From Candidatus Acetothermia bacterium (GTDB lineage: Bacteria > Bipolaricaulota > Bipolaricaulia > RBG-16-55-9 > DRXL01), in NCBI GenBank assembly GCA_028275205.1, contig JAPWVB010000003.1:1-33950 (forward strand): a stretch of 33,950 nt of DNA. The letters are read 5' to 3'. Made by a program: the position numbers and the translations under genes. The notes under the pieces were generated by a model, which was not told the DNA's origin, ran no database searches, and worked only from the letters and a program-made list of their open reading frames with translations. Positions 1 through 7,193 of the stretch are shown one piece after another; the stretch's first letter is position 1; each line of letters opens with the position of its first letter.

Positions 1-1
1 G

Positions 2-3000
2 GTGACGCTCACCGGGCCTGCGGGGCCGTATCTCATTGGAGCACCAGTCACGCTGACGGCCACGGGCAATCCCGGGAGCTCCTCAGGCCTGTGGACCTAT
101 AGCTTCAGCGCTAGCCCAGCTTGCGGGACCTTCAACCCTGCTACGATTGGGCCGACCGATCAAAAGACCGTCACGACAGAGTTCACCCCGACAGTGGAGA
201 CGCCCAGCTGCACGCTCGAGGTGACGCTGACGACTGCCTCGGGCAGGACGGCCAAGGCGTCTATCACCCGCGCCATCCAGGGTGCTAAGATCATTATCAT
301 TAAGGACGCTGTCCCCGATGACCCGCAGGACTTCTCGTTCTCGAGCACGGGTGGTTTGGTCCCGGCGACCTTCACCCTCGATGATGATGGTGATCCGACA
401 TGGCCCAATACCCAGACCTTCACAGGCCTGGCCCCTGGGACGTACACCGTGACCGAAGCTGATCCCTCGCCTGGGTTCTTGCTCACAGCGATCACCTGTA
501 CTACAGGTGGCAGCGGCGACGTCCCCTCCCGCACCGCGACCATCACCTTAGCTCCGGGAGCTACGGTCACTTGTACGTTTGTCAACACTAAGCAGCTAGG
601 CACGATCGTGATCAACAAGGCGGCTGTGGGCGGGGATGATACGTTCAATTACACCGCCAGCGGCACCGGCCTGCCCGCTACCTTCCAGATCACAACTTCT
701 GGTGGCAGCGGTAGCCAGACATTTGCCAACTTGGCAGGCGGTTCCTACACCGTGACAGAACAGACCCCGCCAACAGGCTGGGATTTCACGAGCCTAGTCT
801 GCACCGACCCTGACGGCGGCACCACAGTCGTCGGCCAGACCGCCAATATTGACCTCGATCCGGGCGAAACAGTCACTTGTACTTACACCAATACCAAGCG
901 CGGCACGATCGTGATCAACAAGGCGGCTGTGGGCGGGGATGATACGTTCAATTACACCACCAGCGGCACCGGCGGCTTGCCCGGCTCTTTCTCGATCACC
1001 ACTGCGAGCGGCTCCGGTTCCCAGACCTTCACTAATATCATCCCTGGCAGCCACACCGTCACCGAGGGCACTCCGCCAACAGGCTGGAGCTTCACGAGCT
1101 TAGTCTGCACCGACCCTGACGGCGGCACCACGGTCGTCGGCCAGACCGCCAATATTGACCTCGACCCCGGCGAAACGGTCACCTGCACCTACACTAACAC
1201 TTTCACACCGCCGGCCCAGCCACAGTGTCCGGCCAATCTCATTGCCGAGAGCGAGCCCAATAACGACAATGCAAGCGCGCAGCCCCTCAACCTCGCGCCC
1301 GGCCAAGGGACGGCCATCGTCAGCGGCGGCATCACGCCCGCGGGCGATCTGGACTACTATCAAATCACTGTCACTGAACCGTCCCTGGTCTTCGCGTACG
1401 TGCGCACCAATATAGCCACGACGAACACAGACTCGACTCTCTTCATCGGCGTGAGCCCGGTCACCACGGGGAGCAGCTGCACCGGAACCGGCTTCACTGA
1501 GTGCGACGACGACGACGGCGGCCAAGGTGGAATAAGCTCGTCCATCGCTGGTCTTAACTTAGCTGCCGGCACCTATAACATCTTGGTGAAGCAGTACAGC
1601 AATACTGGCGCCCCTGGCAGTGGCTCTACTATGACTCCGTACCGGCTCTACGTCGCCGTGGTGCCGACGTCTGCTGTCATCACCGAGAGCGAGCCCAACG
1701 ACACTCCGGCCACTGGGCAGCTTATCAACACCTGTCCGGCGGTCATCTCTGGCACGGGCGGCGGCGTAGGAGGCAGTGACTACTATCGCTTCCTCGTCCC
1801 CGGCGGAAACACTGTCTTGTGGGCCAGCGCTTTGCAACCCAACCCCGGAGAATGGAACTCTCGGCTCGAGCTCTGGAGAGTCTCTACGAACGTCAAGATC
1901 CCGTTCGTCGGAGCCGCGGGCTTGCCGAACTGTGACTCCGCGGGTACCGGCACGGCGACCAATCCCGCGTCAGAATCGTGCTCGAAGCACTACGAGTATG
2001 ACTCTGCCGACACTTGGCCGAACACACCTGAGGACTACGCGGTCAACATCCGACGGAACGCCGATCCCGACACCGGCACCGGCGGGACATACAACCTGCT
2101 GATTGTTGTGATGACCGACATCGGCTCGCCACCGCCACCGCCACCTGCGAACCTGCCGGCGGTCTTCGCGTACGCGAAGCGTGGTGCCACAAATAACGAC
2201 ACCGTGATGCGTCTGAGGACGACAACGTCTGGCGTGCCGGTCTACTCGAGCTGTGCCGCGGCCACACCACCGGACATCGAGTGCGATGACGACGCCGGAC
2301 ATGGCTATACGACGCCGCCAGACGTGGTCTACCCGCCCACGGGCGGTGGCGGTGGGCTCAACTCGGCGATCGCTGGGCATCCGTTTGGGAACATCGGCGA
2401 GCTGATCTTCATCCAGGGCTATGGCTCGACGACTACAGTCGGTCCGTTCGACCTCTACATCCACGTCCCCGACGGCTCGCTGGGCCAGCTCACGGAGATG
2501 AACGACGCCACCAACGGCACGATCGCCGGCGCTGAGAGCGTCCCGGCGCTGCCGGCCTGCACGCAAGTCTACAGCGAGGCAACCGGCAACCAGAGGCCAG
2601 GCTTCGGCGCGGGCGGCTCGGACAACGTCCCTGTGCCTTCTCCTTCCGCGGGCTGGACGATGGACGGCAGCTTCAGCAGCGACACCGACGTGGATTACTT
2701 CGGGCCGATTGCCATCGGGGCGACGGAGCGCGTCTTCATTGCCATTGACGGCAGCCTCAACTACGGAGGCGCGCCCCACGACCATGATGGCTACAACGCG
2801 GATATCTCGTTCAGCTTGCGTACGTCAGGTGATGCGGTCATCATCACCATTGACGGTGAAAGCGGCACCAGCCAGGGTGCTCTGGCCGAGGTCTTCAGTG
2901 GGACGCCCGGCGCGTTCCCTCTACCTGACGGGGTCTTCTACATCCGCGTGGCAGCCAAGTCGGGTGATGCCTTCAAGGGCTATCGGCTGACGGCCTGCAA

Positions 3001-3007
3001 GTTCTGA
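2..3007 (+). CDS. Large extracellular/surface protein, probably 5'-truncated by the window edge: Ig-like domain, three prealbumin/SpaA-like beta repeats, then PPC/DVUA0089-like modules
   Basis: T/G/P-rich ORF open from the window start; repeats 'IVINK...TF..L..G.YTVTE...C....A.I.L.PGETVTCT(F/Y)TN'; ESEPN, D.DYY and ECDDD motifs; Pro-rich linkers. Confidence 0.75.
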   Translation: MTLTGPAGPYLIGAPVTLTATGNPGSSSGLWTYSFSASPACGTFNPATIGPTDQKTVTTEFTPTVETPSCTLEVTLTTASGRTAKASITRAIQGAKIIIIKDAVPDDPQDFSFSSTGGLVPATFTLDDDGDPTWPNTQTFTGLAPGTYTVTEADPSPGFLLTAITCTTGGSGDVPSRTATITLAPGATVTCTFVNTKQLGTIVINKAAVGGDDTFNYTASGTGLPATFQITTSGGSGSQTFANLAGGSYTVTEQTPPTGWDFTSLVCTDPDGGTTVVGQTANIDLDPGETVTCTYTNTKRGTIVINKAAVGGDDTFNYTTSGTGGLPGSFSITTASGSGSQTFTNIIPGSHTVTEGTPPTGWSFTSLVCTDPDGGTTVVGQTANIDLDPGETVTCTYTNTFTPPAQPQCPANLIAESEPNNDNASAQPLNLAPGQGTAIVSGGITPAGDLDYYQITVTEPSLVFAYVRTNIATTNTDSTLFIGVSPVTTGSSCTGTGFTECDDDDGGQGGISSSIAGLNLAAGTYNILVKQYSNTGAPGSGSTMTPYRLYVAVVPTSAVITESEPNDTPATGQLINTCPAVISGTGGGVGGSDYYRFLVPGGNTVLWASALQPNPGEWNSRLELWRVSTNVKIPFVGAAGLPNCDSAGTGTATNPASESCSKHYEYDSADTWPNTPEDYAVNIRRNADPDTGTGGTYNLLIVVMTDIGSPPPPPPANLPAVFAYAKRGATNNDTVMRLRTTTSGVPVYSSCAAATPPDIECDDDAGHGYTTPPDVVYPPTGGGGGLNSAIAGHPFGNIGELIFIQGYGSTTTVGPFDLYIHVPDGSLGQLTEMNDATNGTIAGAESVPALPACTQVYSEATGNQRPGFGAGGSDNVPVPSPSAGWTMDGSFSSDTDVDYFGPIAIGATERVFIAIDGSLNYGGAPHDHDGYNADISFSLRTSGDAVIITIDGESGTSQGALAEVFSGTPGAFPLPDGVFYIRVAAKSGDAFKGYRLTACKF
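601..1200 (+). repeat. Intragenic tandem duplication of ~303-306 nt (two near-identical domain repeats)
   Basis: 'cacgatcgtgatcaacaaggcggctgtgggcggggatgatacgttcaattacacc' occurs at 601 and 904; 'ttcacgagc.tagtctgcaccgaccctgacggcggcaccac' occurs at 785 and 1091. Confidence 0.95.
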
Positions 3008-3067
3008 AGGATGTGTCGAGGGGGTACAGCACGCTGTGCCCCGTGGAAACGAACGAGCGGACTTGGC

Positions 3068-3106
3068 GGGGCCTGCCCGCGAGCACGGGCAGGCCCCTTC
3101 CTGTTC
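3068..3106 (+). terminator. Probable intrinsic terminator after the surface-protein gene
   Basis: 12-bp stem ggggcctgcccg (3068-3079) / cgggcaggcccc (3086-3097) followed by ttcctgttc; a second hairpin lies at 3021-3042. Confidence 0.65.
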
Positions 3107-3144
3107 TGTGCTGTTCCGTGCCTGCCGTGATTCAAAGAATGGGC

Positions 3145-3173
3145 TTGACAGAAAAGAGGGTAAGGTCTATAAT
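3145..3173 (+). promoter_or_regulatory. Perfect-consensus sigma70 promoter for the S8 protease gene
   Basis: TTGACA (3145-3150), 17 nt, TATAAT (3168-3173). Confidence 0.85.
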
Positions 3174-3206
3174 CGCGCTATGCATCCTCCATAACCGTAC
3201 CGAGGT

Positions 3207-5021
3207 ATGGTGATGAAAATGAGACCCCTGCGATGGCTCATAGCTGGGATAGCCCTTGGGGCTGTGCTCGTTCGATTCAGTTCTGCCCAGCCCTCCTCCC
3301 CCGTTGATCCTGAGGTGCTTCAGGAGATTCAAGCGAATGGCTCCACTCGCGTCATCGTCACCCTGACGGACACCTCAGCTTTGCGGGTCCAGCAGATCGC
3401 TCAGAGGATCGAGGGCGTCCTGCGCGAGCTGACCCCACAAGATTTTCAGCTCTCGCGGCGATTTCAGTCTATCGCGGCCTTTGCCGGGGTCGTGACCGCT
3501 ACAGGGATCGCGAAACTAGAGCGCCATCCGGACGTCATGCGCGTCCAGCTCGATCTTGTGCTCCGCGCGATCTCTCCCCAGCCCCGCCTCCAGCCTCACC
3601 TCAGCGAGAGCGTCCCCTTGATCCAAGCGAACAGCGTGCATAGCTTGGGCATTCGAGGGAATGGGGTACGCATCGCCATCATAGACACGGGCATTGATAC
3701 AGACCACCCCGACTTCAGCACCGCTGCGCCTGGGGATCGCATCGTCGCACAGAATTGCTTCCTCAGCGGGGCAAGCTGCCCTTCCCCGCCCAACGTCGCC
3801 GAGGACGGCAACGGCCACGGGACGCACGTGTCGGGGATCGCCGCTTCCGACGGCTCGGTCTCTCCCGTCGGCGTTGCCCCTCAGGCCCAGCTCGTCGCAA
3901 TCAAAGTGCTGCGCGATAATGGCAGTGGCTATCTCTCCGATACCGTTGCGGCCCTCGACTGGATCTATACGCACAACGCTTCGCTCAACGTGAAGGTTGT
4001 CAACATGAGCCTGGGGAGCCTCGATCTCTACACGCCTCCGTGCGATACGGCCTACCCTGCTATGACCACAGCGATCAACAACCTACGCAATATCGGCGTG
4101 ATCAGCTTTGCGGCCTCGGGCAACAACGCCAACGCCACGCAGATGTCGCTGCCGGCGTGCATCAGCACTGTTGTTTCGGTAGGGGCAGTCTACGATGCGA
4201 ACGTCGGGTCCATCAGCTGGGGAAACCCCCAAGTCTGCAGGGATTTGACAACTGCGGCAGATCAAGTCGCGTGCATCACCAACGGTGTGCCCGATCTGCA
4301 GGCCCCCGGCGCCTTGATCACTTCTTCGTTCATAGGGGGTGGAACGGCTACCCTTGGTGGCACGTCAATGGCCTCACCCCATGCGGCAGGCACCGCAGCC
4401 CTGCTCATCCAAGCGAAGCCCTCGATCACGCCGACGGAGATCGAGACCGTCTTACAGACGACCGGGGTTCCTGTGACCGATCCCAAGAACGGGCAGACGC
4501 GCCCTAGGATCAATGCGTTTGCTGCTGTCTCGGCAGTCCTCTCGTGCACAGCTACAGGAGCAATCTTCCGCATCGAGCGCGCCACGGGGAACGTTTGTAC
4601 TGATGGCTCGTTCTTTAGTGGCAACGCCGACGTCGCCGAGTATATCCTAGCTTCGGAGCCCTTAGAGCCAGGGGATGTCGTCGAGCTCGATCCCCACAAT
4701 CCCAAGCACTACCGCAAGGCGCGAGAGCCCTACAGCCCCTGGGTCGCGGGAGTGATATCGACGCAACCGGGGGTCGTCCTAGGTGCTCGTGGTCACTACG
4801 TGGGAGAGCGCGCTCTCTTGGCGCTCCTTGGTCGTGTGCCGGTCAAAGCGACGACGGAGAACGGCCCGATCCGACCGGGGGATCTGCTCACGAGCGCTTC
4901 GAAGCCCGGCTACGCTATGCGCTGCGTTGACGTCACTCAATGTGAGGGTGCGATCATCGGCAAAGCCCTCGAAGCGTTCGATGAGGGCGAAGGGGCCATC
5001 CTCATGCTCGTGATGCGCTAA
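3207..5021 (+). CDS. Secreted S8 (subtilisin-like) serine peptidase with propeptide and C-terminal Peptidase_G2-like intramolecular chaperone domain
   Basis: Signal-peptide-like N-terminus; triad motifs IIDTG, GHGTHV, GTSMASPH; C-terminal 'ADVAE...EPGDVV...GVIST.PG...ALLGRVPVK...GPIRPGDLLTS...G.AM...IIGKALE'. Confidence 0.9.
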   Translation: MVMKMRPLRWLIAGIALGAVLVRFSSAQPSSPVDPEVLQEIQANGSTRVIVTLTDTSALRVQQIAQRIEGVLRELTPQDFQLSRRFQSIAAFAGVVTATGIAKLERHPDVMRVQLDLVLRAISPQPRLQPHLSESVPLIQANSVHSLGIRGNGVRIAIIDTGIDTDHPDFSTAAPGDRIVAQNCFLSGASCPSPPNVAEDGNGHGTHVSGIAASDGSVSPVGVAPQAQLVAIKVLRDNGSGYLSDTVAALDWIYTHNASLNVKVVNMSLGSLDLYTPPCDTAYPAMTTAINNLRNIGVISFAASGNNANATQMSLPACISTVVSVGAVYDANVGSISWGNPQVCRDLTTAADQVACITNGVPDLQAPGALITSSFIGGGTATLGGTSMASPHAAGTAALLIQAKPSITPTEIETVLQTTGVPVTDPKNGQTRPRINAFAAVSAVLSCTATGAIFRIERATGNVCTDGSFFSGNADVAEYILASEPLEPGDVVELDPHNPKHYRKAREPYSPWVAGVISTQPGVVLGARGHYVGERALLALLGRVPVKATTENGPIRPGDLLTSASKPGYAMRCVDVTQCEGAIIGKALEAFDEGEGAILMLVMR

Positions 5022-5025
5022 CAGT

Positions 5026-6246
5026 ATGCAACGCTATGACGTGATCGTCGTGGGCGCCGGGCCGGCAGGCGCGACGGCCGCCTATAGCGCCGCGCGGCAC
5101 GGCGCCAAGGTGCTCTTGCTCGAAGAGCACACCCAAATCGGCCGCCCGATTCAGTGTACCGGGCTGCTAAGTCTTCGGGGCTGGTGGCTCGCCCGTGCTT
5201 CAGATTCGATCATTGTCCGAGCGATCACGGGCGTGCACGTGCACTCTCCCGACGGCTCAGTCTACGAGCTAGGCGGCGACCGCGTCCGCGCCTACGTCAT
5301 TGACCGAGATAGATTCGATCAGCACTTAGTGGAGCGCGCGGCACGCTCCGGAGTGGCCGTTCGGGTTGGGACGCGCGCCGTCGAGCTTGGCCCCTACGAG
5401 CACGGCACCCGCGTCCTGCTCACACAGACTCCCGCAGGCGCCCGCGAGAAGCTTCACGCTTCCGTCATCATCGGGGCCGATGGGCCTCACAGTCTCTTAG
5501 CTCAGCAAGCGGGTCTGCCCCGCCCACAGAAGATGCTGTTGGGGCTGCAAGCCCTCATCGAGCATCACGCGCAGAGCTCAGATTTTGTCGAGGTCTTCTT
5601 CGGACGACGCTTTGCGGCCAATGGCTTCGCCTGGTCCGTCCCCGCTGCCGAGGGCACCGCGCGCGTGGGACTTCTTACAGAAAGATTTCGCGAGGCCAAG
5701 CCGTGCTTTGAGCGCCTGCGCGCAGAGTGCCATAGCTCTGGGAGGATCCTCTCGTACCAGTCGGGGATGATCCCCATCGGCCCAGCGCGACGCACCGTCG
5801 CCGACGGGTTTTTGATCGTTGGCGACGCTGCCGGACAAGCCAAGCCCACCAGCGGCGGGGGAATCTATACGGGGATGCTCTGCGGCAGAATCGCTGGAGA
5901 AGTGGCCGCGCGCTGCGCCCTTGTGGGGAAGACCACAGCGCGATTCTTGAGAGAATACGAGCGGCGCTGGCGCGCCAAGCTCGACCGCGAACTCTCGCTG
6001 GGCATGAGAGCTCATCACATCTTGACGCAGCTTGACGATGCTGCCATTGCTGCGGGGCTCAAGCTCTTAGCTCTGCCCCAGCTGCGCAAGCTGATCGAGC
6101 GCTTTGGAGATATAGACTATCCGAGCAAGATCGCGCGCGAGCTCTTCCGACGCCCTCGACTGTGGAACGCGGTCTGGCCCGTCGTTCCCGCGGGGCTGGC
6201 TCAGTACGTCAAGAGCGTCTATCGGGCAACGATGGCGAGAATGTGA
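5026..6246 (+). CDS. Geranylgeranyl reductase-family FAD oxidoreductase
   Basis: YDVIVVGAGPAG, P.QCTG, IDRDRFDQHL, IIGADG, VGDAAGQAKPTSGGGI. Confidence 0.88.
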   Translation: MQRYDVIVVGAGPAGATAAYSAARHGAKVLLLEEHTQIGRPIQCTGLLSLRGWWLARASDSIIVRAITGVHVHSPDGSVYELGGDRVRAYVIDRDRFDQHLVERAARSGVAVRVGTRAVELGPYEHGTRVLLTQTPAGAREKLHASVIIGADGPHSLLAQQAGLPRPQKMLLGLQALIEHHAQSSDFVEVFFGRRFAANGFAWSVPAAEGTARVGLLTERFREAKPCFERLRAECHSSGRILSYQSGMIPIGPARRTVADGFLIVGDAAGQAKPTSGGGIYTGMLCGRIAGEVAARCALVGKTTARFLREYERRWRAKLDRELSLGMRAHHILTQLDDAAIAAGLKLLALPQLRKLIERFGDIDYPSKIARELFRRPRLWNAVWPVVPAGLAQYVKSVYRATMARM

Positions 6247-6252
6247 TATACT
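6244..6252 (+). promoter_or_regulatory. Possible extended -10 promoter upstream of the CysD/CysH-family gene
   Basis: TG-a-TATACT. Confidence 0.45.
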
Positions 6253-6259
6253 CATTTGA

Positions 6260-6356
6260 CCCCTCCCCGGCACAGAGAGGGGAGACCTCACCCGTTCCCT
6301 CTCCGTTTACGGAGAGGGTCAGGGAGAGGTAGGGAAGGGGGCTAGGGGGTTAGGTC
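6260..6356. repeat. REP-like palindromic element cluster
   Basis: ccctctccgt-tt-acggagaggg (6297-6318), cccctcccc..gagagggg, ending gggggttaggtc; the end is shared with the copy at 9321-9357. Confidence 0.75.
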
Positions 6357-6390
6357 ATTGAGAGCTTCCAGACAAGGGGGAACAGACTCT

Positions 6391-7080
6391 ATGCATGAGA
6401 TCTCTTCGTGGACGCTTGTTGAGCGCGAGCAGAAGAGCTTGGAGATCTTACGTCAAGCGCTCGCGGAGTTTGGGACGGAGATGGCCATAGCCTTCACCGG
6501 CGGGAAGGACTCGTTAGTGGCGCTCGATCTGGTGCGGCGAGCGGGCAATGGGCGCGTCCCTATCCCCGTCTTGCACATCGACACGACTGTAGACTTCCCC
6601 GAGGTCTACGAGTACCGCGACAGATTGGCGCGCGCGTGGGGCTTCCAGCTCATTATATATCAGAACCGCGAAGCCCTCGCCGAAGCCCCGCCCGTCAGCG
6701 ATCCCCATTTCTGTCTCTTCTGCACCAAGCGCCTCAAGACGGAGGCGCTCAACCAAGCTATCCAGAAATATAGATGGCGCGCGCTCATCACGGGCGTGCG
6801 CTGGGATGAGCACCACGCTCGATCCCAAGAGACGTATTTCTCCCCGCGGCCCGATCACGTGCGGGTACACCCCATTCTGCACTTCCGCGAGCGCGACGTC
6901 TGGGAGTATATTAAGAAATACCAGTTGCCCTACTGCCCGCTCTACGACAAGGGCTATCGCAGCTTGGGATGTGTGCCGTGCACCAAGCCCGTTACTGATA
7001 GAAGTGTGCCGGAGCGGGCCGGTCGCGGCACCGACAAAGAGGGGCTGATGGAACGCCTGCGGGCGCTGGGGTATTTTTGA
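6391..7080 (+). CDS. Phosphoadenosine phosphosulfate reductase-family protein (CysD/CysH-like)
   Basis: AFTGGKDS PP-loop, HIDT, TGVRWDEH..R, RVHPIL, LY..GYRSLGC.PCT, C-terminal ERAGR..DKE..MERLRALGYF; ATG 6391 follows an AAGGGGG SD. Confidence 0.85.
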   Translation: MHEISSWTLVEREQKSLEILRQALAEFGTEMAIAFTGGKDSLVALDLVRRAGNGRVPIPVLHIDTTVDFPEVYEYRDRLARAWGFQLIIYQNREALAEAPPVSDPHFCLFCTKRLKTEALNQAIQKYRWRALITGVRWDEHHARSQETYFSPRPDHVRVHPILHFRERDVWEYIKKYQLPYCPLYDKGYRSLGCVPCTKPVTDRSVPERAGRGTDKEGLMERLRALGYF

Positions 7081-7082
7081 AT

Positions 7083-7120
7083 CACGGAAAGCACGGGATG
7101 CAGCCACGGAAGGCACGGAA
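7083..7120 (+). repeat. Short direct repeats CACGG(A/G)A x4
   Basis: Copies at 7083, 7092, 7105 and 7114 (spacing 9/13/9). Confidence 0.7.
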
Positions 7121-7145
7121 AGCTTCTAAGACCCCTAAGCGAAGC

Positions 7146-7176
7146 TCTCTCTTCCCCGCAAGGGGAGGGGGCTTAG
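7146..7176. repeat. Degenerate REP-like hairpin
   Basis: cttcccc-gcaa-ggggagg followed by gggcttag, resembling the 6260 and 9321 copies. Confidence 0.55.
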
Positions 7177-7193
7177 ACGCCGCACGCGCGCTC

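Noticed and set aside
601-1200. Possible DGR template/variable repeat pair or CRISPR array
   Set aside because: Both copies are in-frame coding domains, differences are not adenine-specific, and there is no reverse transcriptase, cas gene or spacer structure
4543-5021. Prophage remnant, suggested by the tailspike chaperone domain
   Set aside because: No other phage genes, integrase or att-like repeats; the domain is fused to an intact secreted protease
6391-7080. DndC/SspD phosphorothioation component
   Set aside because: Short protein with a CysD/CysH-like tail, and no dnd or ssp neighbours
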